From Octopus bimaculoides (taxonomy: Eukaryota): a stretch of 64,000 bases of DNA. The notes under the pieces are model-generated. The model saw nothing but the letters and a program-made list of their open reading frames with translations, was not told where the DNA came from and searched no databases. Shown piece by piece: positions 50,534 to 64,000 of this stretch. Numbering within the stretch: position 1 is the stretch's first letter; each line of letters opens with the position of its first letter. Where the stretch lies: positions 21,370,696-21,434,695 of the forward strand of contig NC_068998.1 in assembly GCF_001194135.2 (NCBI RefSeq). The letters run 5' to 3'. A program made the position numbers and the translations under genes.

Positions 50534-53500
50534 ATACGTACATATCCATATATATTTGTGCGTGTGTGTATGTGTGTGTGTGTGTGTGAATGTGTGTGCA
50601 TGAAGATCATATACCAGACATTTGATTTCTTTTAAAATAATGCATAAATCTATATATTTCTTCATGCAAAACAATTACCCGATAATCTTAGAACTATTGT
50701 GGTATATTCTGCACTAGATTTCATGCATGAAGATAATCATCAATATGTCAAGCTCCAAAATTTGATTTTGTCAGGATCGTAGTCGAAAACAATGAACCGC
50801 ATAGAAAACTTGACCGGAAAATTGATCTTATTTTGTATGCTGTACATTTAAAGAATGGAAATCTTTCACTGAGACATTTCGAAAGATTAAAATCTATAAC
50901 CAAAGATCTTCGCTTGACGTCGTACTGAAGGCCCTGAAATGTTCATTCTCAGAAATTTTCTCCTCACATTAAAAGTATGATAATCAATGCATATTAGAAA
51001 AAAAAGCAAAAAAAAGTTATAGTTGCACAATGTTACTGAAACATTCATAATTGCTTTTTCAGACTGTCCCTCAAGTACTTTAAATAGCATAATGAATGAT
51101 GATGAGTTGAAATTACCTATCAACTTCTTCATATTTTGCTTGAGAAGTCCACAAAACTACATTTGTTAAAATAATTGTATAGTACTAACCATTATTATAG
51201 TGACATGTTTATTTCCCAGTGAAGCTCTGTGTTCTGGAGTTGAATATATTTACAAAAATATGAATTGCATATCTCAAACGAAAGTTATCTACCTAACAAA
51301 GCATTTTATAAAACAAACGATGGTTTGAAATGATGTTCGGAATATATTCCACCCTTTTTGCAGAGGGCGATAAGTTTTTCAAACCATCCGCCGATATTGT
51401 GGACCCATATATTGAGGTTGTAAGGTAACATGGACGAAGAAATAACTGTTGACATTGGTGATTTGTTAAATTGAAACGAAAATCGTTTGATATTACAATG
51501 TAGTGAATTTTCGAATTGCCATGCCCTTTGCAATTTCATGTAATCTTGTGATGATTTAACTATCACCAACACCATAGAAAGGTGCTTCTTTTAAAAGCTT
51601 GCTATTGTGATTCATTTTTTCTTTTGTGTGGAGCGAATGAGGAGTGAAACACTTTGAGAGGCGCGGTAGAGGTATTTCTAGATGTTATCACGTTTCTATC
51701 ATAGACACACTGTTGTATAGACGAGTTTGATTTTTTATTTATTTCATGCATTTGAATAAAGATTATATTAAGATTATTAAATGTGCGATTAGTGTAAAAA
51801 TAACACTAAACATTATTTTTGTGTTGTTATTTTATGAACGCCAATCCACAAGTAACGAGCACATCAAAATCGCACGAACTTTGTCGTGAATGTGAGACAT
51901 ATTGGGGCTAAAATGTGACACATATTGCCGTTAAAATTTAAAACATTTACAAAATCTACCTTGCGAAACGAAATATAGGTATTCTGTTAAGCGCTGGAGT
52001 CTTATAAATATTAAGGGATTTGCTTACAAACATACGTTGAAGGTTTGCCAAATAAATGTGGTGGGTGTTAGTTTTGGTAAATCAAAATGAACGTTTCGAA
52101 AAACAAAACTGAAAGAATTTACAAACGAAACCGTTAGTCTTTTTTTTTTTTTATTAACAGTGTAGATGAACTATATAACATATATTACATCTTCGGTAAA
52201 ATATTGCAAGTTAAATGCGTACAACGCAATATAGTAGTTGTAGTTTACAAAAATAAAATATTTCAAAATATTCCATGGGTCACAAAACAAAAAACTATTG
52301 GGGAATATAGCGCGCTTCACTATGTAACATAATAAAGATACTGAAATATAAATTTTTAACCGCCTATAACGGACACGTGCAAAAAGGATCGATAGCTATC
52401 ACGGTAATCTCACACTGGTACGATACTGAAGACTTCAGTTATAAATAACTGGTATGTTTAAGTAGTCGTAACTGCTTTTAAGTAAACTTTACCTCATTCA
52501 GAGCTTTATTTAAACTACTCCAAAACAACAAAAGACACAGATCTTTTCACATTACAACTTCTATAATTATGAAAAATGTGCAATAAGACTTCAGAAAGTT
52601 CAGCAACTCTACACTTTGCTACTTTTGACTATTCTTCATGATGCGATGTAGCTGCTATGCACAAGATTGAGACATTCTATACATTTTCAGATACGAATTA
52701 AACCAATGTGGGAAGCAGGTAAACTGAAGCGTAAGCAAACTAAAATAAACCATGAGTAAATTTGAAAGAAACTAGAAGCAAGTTAAAATGATCCTTGAAT
52801 CAAAAGAAAATAACTAGGAAATAAATTAAAATACTCTGGTAGTAAATTAAGCAGTAGTTGCTTTGATAAAACATTGTTGAAGTCTTTGCCGTGTCACATT
52901 TTAATTCAGAAAGAAAATTTGTTTATCCATAGATAATAGTCAGTTTCAAGCAATGGTAATTTGTCTCCAGTTACATTGTTGGTATTTCGCGAACAGTGTC
53001 GAACAAAAAAACTTGAAAGTTGTATGAGAATAACATTCTGCAGCGGAGTGAAAATATGGGGAGTCCATTGTTGTTGCACTTGGTGTTATGAAGGCAAGGA
53101 CACATGACTGGGTACTCAGAGACCGAGTATAACTTTTGTAAGAGAATTTGTCTGTAACAAATTTGAGAACATGCAAAAATATATTGAATCAATTGCTGAT
53201 TGGCTAATAGAATGTTCAGAATTATCACGAAAGAATTTTTGTGGGTTTTTACATTCAATGCATACCATGAAAATGTCTCTATAAATTATAGCAAAATTTC
53301 ATGATGGAAGATTGATTACATTGCATCAAGTTTCTTCACAGACAGACTAAGCTCGTTTGGTTTTGCTAAACAGAAGATTCCCCATGAACTCATGGAAGTT
53401 ATTTTGATACTTGCTGAAAATGTTATCAGTCAAAATGAAACCTTAAATTATCACTCATACGATAAAAGCAATTAGAAACAGGGTTTCAGGAATTTACTTA

Positions 53501-54638
53501 ATAAAAGAATAAAGATATGACCCACGAATACTTTTATTTGTTTTAGGCTTATGTTAATTTCCTTATGAATTATTTTCACTTGACGCTGAAATTTTGTAGA
53601 GAGAATACAAAGGAATTATCGATCTTAACAGCTTATCTCAAGATTAACACACCGAGTCTACCTTCTCTCCGTTACCTTACCAATCTATATCTGTTTTACT
53701 TTGGATTAACAAATTGTGTACCAATATCATTCGATCAACCATCTGTCTAACTCGACTCGTTTCCATCGTTTCATCATACTCGATACCTTTGCGCAAAGGT
53801 TTATATAATGTTATTAGACATTTCTCGAAGCTCACATCTAATTTTAATAGTTTAATACTATCAACCTCATTTAACAAGAAAAACTTGCCATGGCTACACA
53901 CATTTATCCTCATGGATGAGTCACGGACCAATGGAATCAGTATCTTCCAGTGGAGTAGAAAAAAATATCATTTCAACTTTATATCCAATATTTAACTTGC
54001 GCAAGGGGACAGTAATCTGACAACGTTCCTATGTTGGCAGCAACCGTAAAAGTTCAGTACTGCAACTCTCTCGATAAAATAACAACAAAACAACAACAAC
54101 AATTGCAATAATAATTCAACTTCAACAACAGTATTCCTCCATTAATTCCATTTCATAAGTTTTTGCTGTGTCCCTGCTAATCATGCAGCCTGCATTCATT
54201 TAAGCAAAAATGAGACGCAATGATCTGTTAAAGAACAGTACTATTTGACATATTTCCATAGCCAGCTCAGTGTGAAGCCAAATATCTTCAGATTATCGTC
54301 TCCTTGTAAACTTCTGTGTTGATCTTATTGTATAAATCTGCCAAATAGCATTAGTTAACGCAGCATTTAACAACCAGTTATCACTCCAGTAAAGAAAAAA
54401 AAAACCCAAAACCGAAATACAAACAATATAATTCAGGGAATTCTGAATATGAAGGAGCAATAATGCTATAGAAATATATTTGAATGTATAGCATTCATAC
54501 GTAGAACTTTTCACCAATCCCGGTAATTTGAATACGCCATTTATCCTCACAAACCGACCTTTATGTATTTTCGATTGCAAGTGTACTGTAAAAATACACA
54601 GCAAAATATATGAGGACTATTCTTCTCCGCCTCCTACT

Positions 54639-54833
54639 CTTCTTCTTCTTCTTCTTCTTCTTCTTCTTCTTCTTCTTCTTCTTCTTCTTCTTCTTCTTCT
54701 TCTTCTTCTTCTTCTTCTTCTTCTTCTTCTTCTTCTTCTTCTTCTTCTTCTTCTTCTTCTTCTTCTTCTTCTTCTTCTTCTTCTTCTTCTTCTTCTTCTT
54801 CTTCTTCTTCTTCTTCTTCTTCTTCTTCTTCTT
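54639..54833 (+). repeat. Pure (CTT)65 trinucleotide tract
   Basis: Directly visible, 195 bp, uninterrupted. Confidence 0.95.
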
Positions 54834-55204
54834 CGTTATCACATCGAAAAAAAAATTGTTTTGCGGTATTTGTTCCAGCAATTTATCTTCTAAGTTCAAA
54901 TCCCACCGAGGTCGAATATATCTTTCATCTTCTGGGATCCGTTAAAATAAATGACCGTTCGTGTCTAGTATCAATAGTATCAATTATACTGCCCTTCTCA
55001 AAAGTGGTCATGTACTGAGAACGGAAACCGTTATTCAAATCCAGCCGAAGTCGAACTTGCCATTCATTCTTTGGGGACTGGGTGAATAAAGCTGGTTTTA
55101 TATCATAATTAGACATTACTATTGCCTTACTTCTCAGAAGGTTCGGTCACGTTTGTTCTGGTAGCTTCTGCGAGAGTGGACAGAAGCCTGCTCCCATTGA
55201 TCTC

Positions 55205-55326
55205 AGAGGGTCTCTTTCCGCACATTACCACAGGGTCACATTCCGCACATTATCACAGGGTCATTTTCCGTATATTATCACGGGATCTCTTTCCGTACAT
55301 TATCTCAAGCAGGGTCTCTTTCCGTA

Positions 55327-55403
<77 letters not shown>
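55205..55403 (+). repeat. ~25-bp degenerate minisatellite (CAGGGTCTCTTTCCGTACATTATCA-like, x~5) grading into (TAT)n
   Basis: Directly visible. Confidence 0.85.
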
Positions 55404-55404
<1 letters not shown>

Positions 55405-55620
55405 GGCGGCGAGCTGGCAGACTCGTTAGCATGCCGAACGAAATGCTTAGTGTTATTTCGTCTGTCTTCACGTTCTTAGTTGAAATTTCGCCGAGGTCGA
55501 ATTTGCCTTTCATCCTTCAGGGGCCGATAAAAAATAAGTACCAGTTGAACACTGGAGTCGATGTAATCGACTCATCGCCACCTCCTCCAAGCTGCCCTTG
55601 TGGCAAAAAGTTTGAAATAA
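55403..55620 (+). mobile_element. SINE family 1 full copy following (TAT)n
   Basis: aaggcggcgagctggcagactcgttagc...cccttgtggcaaaaagtttgaaat. Confidence 0.9.
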
Positions 55621-56466
55621 TAGTTGTAATTATAATAATAATAAGTTTGTACTGAGATACTGTGTCTCAATAATTATGTTGAGCAGGGTAAATAAAAAAA
55701 TGTTTTCGACAGCTAGAGATACCCCAAAGTTGACCGAAACAGTAAGAGAATTCAAAGGGACACGAAGAAGAAAAGAATGAAAAAAAGGGAAAGAAATGAA
55801 ACTGCATAAGTAATTCATGCAAGGATGACGTTAAAAAAAAATGTACCAGGATCTAGTCCGAGAGCGAATGCAGAATGAGTTCGACACCCATGGTATAGAA
55901 ATTTTGTTTGTGCTTAGATACCTCCAGCACATCAGGGTTCTTGATTACATTTCCTGTACTTTTATTAATAGCTCTGTTTTCTGAAATATAATTGTCCCGT
56001 ATTTTTCAAGTTTTCCTCAAGTAAACTTAACCTTTCAGCAACTAAAATAATATAATTCTTATTACGTTTAATATTATTTTAGTAGTAGTATTAGTAGTTG
56101 CTGTTGTGGTGGTAGTAGTAGTAGTAGCAGCAATTGCAGTTATAGTTGTAGTAGTCGTAGCAGCAGCAGTAATAATAGCAGTAGTAGTAGTAGAAGAAGG
56201 AGAAGAAAGAAGTACAAGAAGAAAGAGATGATGATGATCATCATCATCATCTGCATTTCGTTGGTACTCATGCATTGCACATACATGCAGCTAATGATCA
56301 TACATAAAACACAAGCAGATAATAAAATCAGGGACGTACGCACGCACCCCTCTCGCACACACACACATACACCCCCACACATACTAGCACTTCACTGCCT
56401 TTCAAAGAAAACGGGTGGTAGTGACTATCGACATATATATGTGTGTGTATGTCTGGGTATATTTTC

Positions 56467-56537
<71 letters not shown>

Positions 56538-58379
56538 TATAGATATAGTTTGAGAAAGAGAAGAAGAGACAAGAAAAGAAAGAGAGAGAGAGAGAGAGAG
56601 AGATTGAGAAAGAAATGGCCATGATAAGGAGAGGAGAGTGAACTGAAGTGAATAAATGCAAGAAATATCGAGAAATACAGAATGAATTACGGAGAACGAG
56701 TTGCATTAATTACGTATGCTGCCATAAATTTACGAAGATCGACCGGAAAGCTGTAAATGAGTTGATTCAAGTTACAAGTTCGCAACGGTTTTATATGCCG
56801 AGAACACAATAGAAGTTGAAACGATGCTATTCACTCCTAATCAAAACATTGACTTTCTTCATTTACATACGTAAGTCGTTGCCTCTTTCAAAGCTGTTCT
56901 GTTGTAGCGTTATTCATTGCCGTGATTCATGTCAAAAGTGATGTAAAAGAGGTTAAAATAGCAATTAATGGTTAATACATTCACTACTTTATATCGACAG
57001 TGATTCTCCAGTCTCAAATTTGCAGCGATTTATCGAAAATTTGTACCTACACTTTTACGAGTTCTAACCTAAGAAACGTTTCGTGCGTCAGACGCTATAC
57101 TGAAAATTGACCACCACTGAGGCAGAGTTGGTAGAGAAACATTTATAAACGTTTTGAGGTTACCCGAGGTTAAATGGATGGGCGTAAACGTAGGCTATTA
57201 TCCACATATTAGAGACACGGAGTCAATGGTTACTAGAGAAAGGATTTCTCAATACATCAAACGATTACTTGGTGGTGTTAAATCTTCTGATTTGATAACC
57301 ATATGTAGGGAGTCTTTTGCTCCAATGAACATCAATAAAATCCATTAAGATTTCGGCTGAAACACACACACACACACACACACACAGACACACACACACA
57401 CACACATACACACACACACACACACANNNNNNNNNNNNNNNNNNNNNNNNNNNNNNNNNNNNNNNNNNNNNNNNNNNNNNNNNNNNNNNNNNNNNNNNNN
57501 NNNNNNNNNNNNNNNNNNNNNNNNNNNNNNNNNNNNNNNNNNTATATATATATATATATATATATATTAAAACAGATATAAAAAGGCAAACGGTTTGGCA
57601 AGACTTGACAAGGGAATTTAATTTAGCTATATAACAAAACGTTTTACATAGTCTCAGCTGTCTATAGTATATCCCAGCTATAGGAACATCGTGCCGAGCG
57701 AGGATTCCATAGGCCGAATATTGCGTCATCGGACAAAGATAGGTTAAGCATATGTAACAGTAGAGAAATATTCCTCAGAGCGCATACCTTTTAGTTTGAG
57801 TCAACCCGATGGAAATTCCTTGTATCTCATATATGTATATATCCCTTTTAAGTTATCTCTACCGATTCTCTATTGTATTTAGAACCAACACTGAAAGATT
57901 GGACGTTTCCTATACGAAGACGTCTACGTAAACAATGTGGTTGATGACAGAAAGGCAGGTAATGGATGTATATGAATATTTCAAGAGTTGTTACTCCTCA
58001 GCACTGCATCCAACCCATTAACCATCCACAAACACATTAGCTATTTTCCTCTCTTCGATCGCATTGTTCGCGTAGACGTATTCGGACACAAAACGGTTAT
58101 AACTTTTGGTGCTGGCAGTAAATTCTGTCTACAATGTGTAGAAATAAATTAAAAATGATTTACTCGCACTGCTAACATAAAAAGTAGGACATTGTATTGA
58201 TTTGTAAAATGTTTATATGCTTAGTAGTATATTTTGGCTGCAAAACGAAATACGTGTCACTATCAGCAATTAATACACAGACACATAAACAAACACACAC
58301 ACAAACAAACACACACACATACACACACATACACACACACAGACACACAGACACACAGACACACACACACAGACACACA

Positions 58380-58417
<38 letters not shown>

Positions 58418-58418
<1 letters not shown>

Positions 58419-59470
58419 CAGACTCTGTCGTCGAAGACGATGTGTGTTCAGCGAGAAAACAGAAAAAAAGTCCAACCCTACATAGACAATCAACACATTA
58501 ATGTTATTACCATTAAAGCAATTTTTACGATTTATTCACTGCACCCGATGACACTTCATGTGAGACCCCAGACAACAAAAGGCAATATGGATATAAGAAT
58601 GAGCATGACTTATTACACGATCGCGTGATCTAGCTGAGAAGCCACAATGTGGACAATGGCTGTTTGCGAGAAAAGTGTTGTTCTGTTGGTCTCATTTCCT
58701 ACTTTCCCGTAACTACTCTTGATGAAATACCCTTTGAGATTCAAAATTTCGAAGCTGGGAAAAATAACATTCTCTTTGAGTTTGCACTGTTTCTCGCAAG
58801 ATTTGAAAACTTCTCTATCCTATTACTCAAGCGTTTCAAGTATCTTTTAATATATTCTTATACTGTAGATTGTACGCTGGACATTGTAACACGGACGTAT
58901 CAGATGCAAAAGTTCAGTTTTTATACCGATAATTAATCCAAAAGATGTGGCTGCTGCAGCAAATCTAATAAATTATGTGCTGGATGCCCACGAGTTTATA
59001 ACCAACTAGGGTACAATAACCAGCAAAAAGTAAGTCTCTTATTGTCTGAGATGCAACGTTAGTCTTTACTTTGAAATGTTGTTGGCAGAAAATGCTCGTG
59101 TTATCCTATATTCACGAAACATTCCCTCTTGTACACTAGGAAAGTCACAATCCAGCACTACGTTAAAAAACAGTGCAAATAATACCGTTAAATAAAACCT
59201 CAAGGCTGAAACTATCTGCCATTTTAGAGAACGGAGGCCTTGATATCATTGTGTGAGGACACCTTGACAATTAGTGATGGCTCAGAATTCCCAAGCTTTG
59301 CTAATACTTTCCACAAAGCCTGCTGACATTTGTAAAGTCAACAAATACACCATAGAGGTATTCATTGTGCTCGCGTGCCTTCTCATCAAATTCTTGCATA
59401 TTGTACATCATATCCATTGTTCTTCGATATGACCTAAGACAAAGTAACTCTCTGGATAGGCACAACCGAA
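58418..59470 (-). mobile_element. RTE-clade LINE: RT core and C-terminus, internally deleted, ending in a (TG)n tail
   Basis: RRTMDMMYNMQEFDEKAREHNEYLYGVFVDFT..ALWKVLAKLG..LFALFFNVVL..TIRDLLFAG..FAAAATSFGLII..CPHCGFSARSRDRVISHAH, then a (TG)n/(TGTC)n array at ~58280-58417. Confidence 0.85.
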
Positions 59471-59823
59471 TAGTTCAGTGTTAATTCTATTTAAGATGAC
59501 TCTAGAGAGGAATATTTCAGCAACAATAAGCAGCGATATTCCGCGGTGACTGTCACATAAACACTTATTTCCTTTATACTTATATAGATGTACAATCGTT
59601 GCGTCTTTAAACTGTAGAGGGGTACTTCCTATTTGTCTAATTTAGAACATAAGCTCTGTCAATTTATCTACCAATAGTATGTACATATAATTTATATATG
59701 TATGTACATATATATTAATACACATATCTGTACACAAACACACTCACACACACATACACGCACACATACACACACACACACTCATATATATATGAATTAT
59801 ATATATATATATGTATATATATG

Positions 59824-60320
59824 TAATCTTTATCTATAAAAGGCAGGATGTGTGTATGTGTGTGTACGTGAATGTAATTTATGCATGTCCACAAATTACC
59901 ACGCTTGTCGCTCCAATTTTAGGAGGGCATTGGACATGACCATGGCTGTGTTGTTGTCAAATTATTTTCCCCGAAGCACTCGTGGATATCGGTAAAAAGC
60001 GATTTTCAACCATACCTTTTACTAATTTCCATGTCGGTGAAATCGGTAAGTTTGCTATCATGAATTAAGTCCCCTGTCTAACGATGGTGAAAAAGAAACA
60101 CAAAGGATAAATTTTTAGATTAACACCTGCACGATTTTCACTAGGAATCGGATTTTGTTTCCGGAATCAAATACCCTGACCTCCTAATATGCAGCAAAAC
60201 CCTTTTTAGGGTCCGAAAATGGGGTGGGGCGAGGTGGAAGCCTCGGAAATTTTACCTACTCCCAACATTTTACAGAAATAAATTTTCCAGAGTGTGAATT
60301 ACATGGTTCGTTATTAAATA
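59824..60320 (+). mobile_element. Possible Helitron/Helentron-like non-autonomous element 5' part
   Basis: Starts ..atctttatctataaaaggcaggatgtgtgtatgtgtg.., resembling the TC-TAT-AAA plus microsatellite start of such elements. Cut by an N-gap, and no 3' hairpin-CTAG was confirmed. Confidence 0.3.
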
Positions 60321-60889
60321 NNNNNNNNNNNNNNNNNNNNNNNNNNNNNNNNNNNNNNNNNNNNNNNNNNNNNNNNNNNNNNNNNNNNNNNNNNNNNNNN
60401 NNNNNNNNNNNNNNNNNNNNNNNNNNNNNNNNNNNNNNNNNNNNNNNNNNNNNNNNNNNNNNNNNNNNNNNNNNNNNNNNNNNNNNNNNNNNNNNNNNNN
60501 NNNNNNNNNNNAACCAATTTTCAATTATGAAACACGTGTAATCTTTTTATTATATTTATCTTATGATATTTACTTTACTTTATATTATACTCATTTATTG
60601 TGCTTTTAATTATTAATTTTTCTATATGTGATAGTGGATTTTCATCGATGAGTTCTTGAGAATTGGTTATTTTCCCTAAAACTATATATATTTTATATAT
60701 ACTTTATCTATAAGGCTCAATTTAATTTTAATTTTTTATAAATTTATTTTAATTGAGTTTTTTACCTGTAATTTTGGATTTTGTCCCTAATAATATTATT
60801 ATTATTATATATATATATATATATTAATAGCATGCAAACCTTCGATGCAACCTTCTCCAATGCATAGCTACGATACAACCACCACCTTT

Positions 60890-61230
60890 AGTACCCCTAG
60901 GAGGGGTTAGGACTAGAGCGGGATTAGTCGCTGCATTTTAGAGGATTCCGAGCCCCTTTTCGCTAGGTTAGCTTAGGCTTAGGTTAATGCTTAGTTGTGA
61001 TCCGAACATAGCCTGTTCTAACACAGAGGATCGGGAGCCCTTTTGGGCGTACTATTTTCCTTGCTGGAAGGGCTCCCAACCCATGGTCCTACTGGCGTTA
61101 GATGATGGGGGAGGTGGTTTCGAAAGGACCAGCATGTGTAACCTGATCACCTCTGCCGGTTAAACTCCCAACCCATGCGTTCCCGTCACGACACTGATTC
61201 TGCAGAACTGGGTCGGGTGTGAAAACCAAC
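60890..61230. other. GC-rich island with several hairpins, unclassified
   Basis: GGGAGCCCTT(61033-42)/AAGGGCTCCC(61068-77); GATCC(60999)/GGATC(61028) enclosing GAACA/TGTTC; GACTAG/TTAGTC (60911-29); CTCCCAACCCATG occurs twice. Confidence 0.6.
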
Positions 61231-61294
61231 TTTAAAGTATAGATATAAATTTTTTGAATCAGCAATGTTGCGTTCAGTTAAGTTCTATTTCGGG

Positions 61295-61645
61295 TGAAAA
61301 ATCAATAAATTGATTCCTTATGGGATTTTCCGTTCGATCAGGATGAAAACTCAATAAACAGATTCCGTATAGGATTTCTCACTAAAATTGGCTACACCCC
61401 ATTTTCAACCATAACTTTTACCAATTTTAACATATTTTATTCAAACTTGATGCTGGCACTACTTAGGGCTCATGGGATCTTTGAATGCTTTAAGGTCTCC
61501 AGACAAAAATAATCGATGAGTGGAAAAATCGATAAATCAATTGCTTATGGGATTTCCCAATCAAATTGTCTGCAACCTATTTTCCGTCAAACGTTTACCA
61601 ATTTCAACGGATTTCGCTCAAATTTCACGTTGGTGTTACTTAGTT
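61295..61645 (+). repeat. Degenerate ~178-bp tandem duplication with a ~47-bp subrepeat
   Basis: aaaa.tc.ataaa...att.c.tat.ggattt at ~61299, ~61346 and ~61524; tttaccaattt.aac..attt...tcaaa.tt.a.g.tgg...tactta at ~61416 and ~61593. Confidence 0.7.
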
Positions 61646-63492
61646 TGGTTTGAAACAAAGTGCTTGATTAGCTTAATAATTCCAACTTAATCGCGGGCAA
61701 TACAATATTATTGCAATACAATATTATCACTTTCCAGTCAAATAAAGCACCATAAAGATAGAATTATAAATAAAAAATAGTGGTAGACCAAGGCACTAAT
61801 ATTTGCTGGAAATACCAGTCGATAACATTATTAAATATTGTTTCGATTAAGGTTGGAACTATAAAATATTTAGGAATACAATTTTGTTAACATCTTTAAT
61901 AACAATATTTAAAGAAATTTCGTTTGCGTTTAAAGTCAGTATATTTCTATATTGGGATTCATGCCGGTATGCTTTTCAATCCTTAAAAACGTAGTTATGC
62001 ATCGACATATCTGACTAATTTATCTTTCCCTCATTTCTGGCTTTGCGCCTATGCAAAAATCGATTAGTAACACGTTAGAAGCAATTATTATAACATTTAC
62101 GAACAAATGCTATTTGATGTATGGAAACTATTCAATGCCGAATCATAGGATTCGTCTGTTATCTCACTGGACTTGATAGAATGCTATTAGGTAATTATTT
62201 ATATTAATAACGCTTTCAATTAAAAAATATATATTTGCCTTTTGACAGTAGAATAAAGTATTATTCGAAGAATCCAAACAATGGACTCTGTATATGGTCA
62301 TTCGATCAACACTACCGTTATGAAAATAAAGTACCGATTCGCTTCAATGTCTCACTGCCTGTCCCAATGCTAGAAGCCATTTTATATCGCGAGGGCAAAG
62401 CGGTACTTGTTAACATAATGCCTATATAACTTTTTTTATAGATGGTGCGCCTTTTATAGAAAGCCTAATGAAGTATAAATAAGAAGGTAAACTACAGCCT
62501 AGAAAGAAATAAAACAATCAATATATAAATGAAATAAAAGTTGTAGCAACAAATAAAGATATATTCATTTGGACATTTCCACATAGAGCTCTCTGTCTCT
62601 GTCTCCCTCTCTCTCCCCCATTTATCTCTATCTTTGTCTCTCTCTCTCTCTCCCTCTTCTGTATAACTCACTTGAAACTATAAGCAATAACTTCGGAAAA
62701 TAGTACATTTCTTTATGTCTGTTCTGTGCTGTCCATCGCTCCATCGTTGGAATGCTTCTAGTACAATATAAGTTTTAAGTAGACGAAAAGTTTTCTAACC
62801 TCTAACTCATCCTTTCTCTTATTTTGCAGAGAAGGACGATGTGAGAGCTACCCTGGGACTCGGGTTCTAGTGTAATGTTGTCGACTTCGTACAAAATATC
62901 ATGGCCACAATATCTTACTGGAGTTTTAATTATCGGCGACGGAAGATGGAACGTCAAAGGGATTCTCCACAGAATTTGAAATAAGAGCGCTGTGATCCAA
63001 CAGAAGTATTGCAATAAAAGATATCTGTCACTTTAATGGCTGGGATAATTCGTCTCCTTGAAAAGAAAAAAAAAACAATGTCTGCTATAATGTGTGTGTT
63101 TAGGATTCTAGGTACATTAATTAGCATTCCCGATAAATAGCCTTTTCGATTTATGAAAATGTCTCGCTTTGAAGTGGATTGAAATTTAAAAGTAATGGAA
63201 TGTAGATAATTTCCTGTATTGCTGCTTATTATTGACATTGCCACTTACTTCATAGAGTTCAGAGGTTTACGTCGCTACATAATGGCTTCTAACACTGCGA
63301 CAAAGTGTGAAACGTTGATGTGAAACGGCAATGTCGATAAAATATACAATATTTAACTAGTTCTTATTTTATAGACAACTGACAGAATTTAAAATCAGAA
63401 ATAAAAGGGACGTAAACAGAATTCGCTGTAGCTTCAATTTTATGAAGAGTGATATTATCGGAATCCTATAGTATAATAAATAATATTATATA

Positions 63493-63557
<65 letters not shown>

Positions 63558-63749
63558 CTCTATCTATCTATCTTCTGTGATACACGATCCATTTTGATCG
63601 CCTTTTTACCGACCCCCTTTGATCGGAATTTTACTATTTTTTTCTCTCTTTTTTTTTCAATTTCTTTTTCTTTTTCATTTTCGAAAAGAAAAGGTCTACA
63701 TTCGTATTTGTCCCCTCTGTGTTCAGCCCTGTGTGGCCAATAAAGAACG

Positions 63750-63806
<57 letters not shown>

Positions 63807-64000
63807 ATCATGGACGGACGGTAGACACATCGGCTCCCATGTAAGTTGCATTTTTCACCTCTTAAAAGACCTATTTTGTTTTAAAATTTTGTATAAGTTG
63901 TGTATAACACAAAATACTTCGTGAACATATATTTTTCAAATCGGAAATAGCTCTATTTAGAGCCTTATTTCCAAAAATTCAAACATATCTTCCTCGTTCC

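Noticed and set aside
54528-54945. Poly-L, poly-K and poly-F ORFs, and the many [12 protein letters not shown] ORFs
   Set aside because: These are translations of simple repeats, not genes.
58925-59030. Plus-strand exon-like frame PIINPKDVAAAANLINYVLDAHEF with a nearby GTAAGT
   Set aside because: It is the antisense of the RTE reverse-transcriptase region.
60963-60995. TTAGG-like words as an interstitial telomere or telomerase template
   Set aside because: Only a few degenerate units, and they do not match TTAGGG arrays.

Overview
AT-rich, microsatellite-saturated animal genomic DNA from a gapped draft assembly. It has ten N-gaps, nearly all flanked by (TA)n, (CA)n or (GA)n. The SINE families and repeat landscape look like octopus (inference, not verified). 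I found no intact host gene, rRNA, tRNA or CRISPR array. Most long ORFs in the supplied track are artefacts of N-runs, microsatellites or the antisense strand of transposons. The window is mostly a transposon graveyard: Penelope-like elements (GIY-YIG), a Tx1/L1-clade LINE (ORF1 zinc knuckle, APE, start of RT), two RTE fragments, mariner, maT (DD37D-type) and Tc1 transposase relics, a MITE and many tRNA-derived SINEs. Best leads: (1) three distinct families of minimal type-I hammerhead-ribozyme folds at Penelope-type 3' ends, one with U instead of the conserved A6 in all three copies here; (2) an ~895 bp fold-back element made of two mariner 5' ends tail-to-tail; (3) a SINE-within-SINE tandem array with a fixed junction; (4) a near-perfect 23-bp pre-miRNA-like hairpin; (5) a GC-rich, multi-hairpin island near 61 kb; (6) a weak, possibly decayed class-A GPCR-like frame split by a stack of transposons. 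All translations and folds were done by eye, and element boundaries are approximate unless motif coordinates are given.
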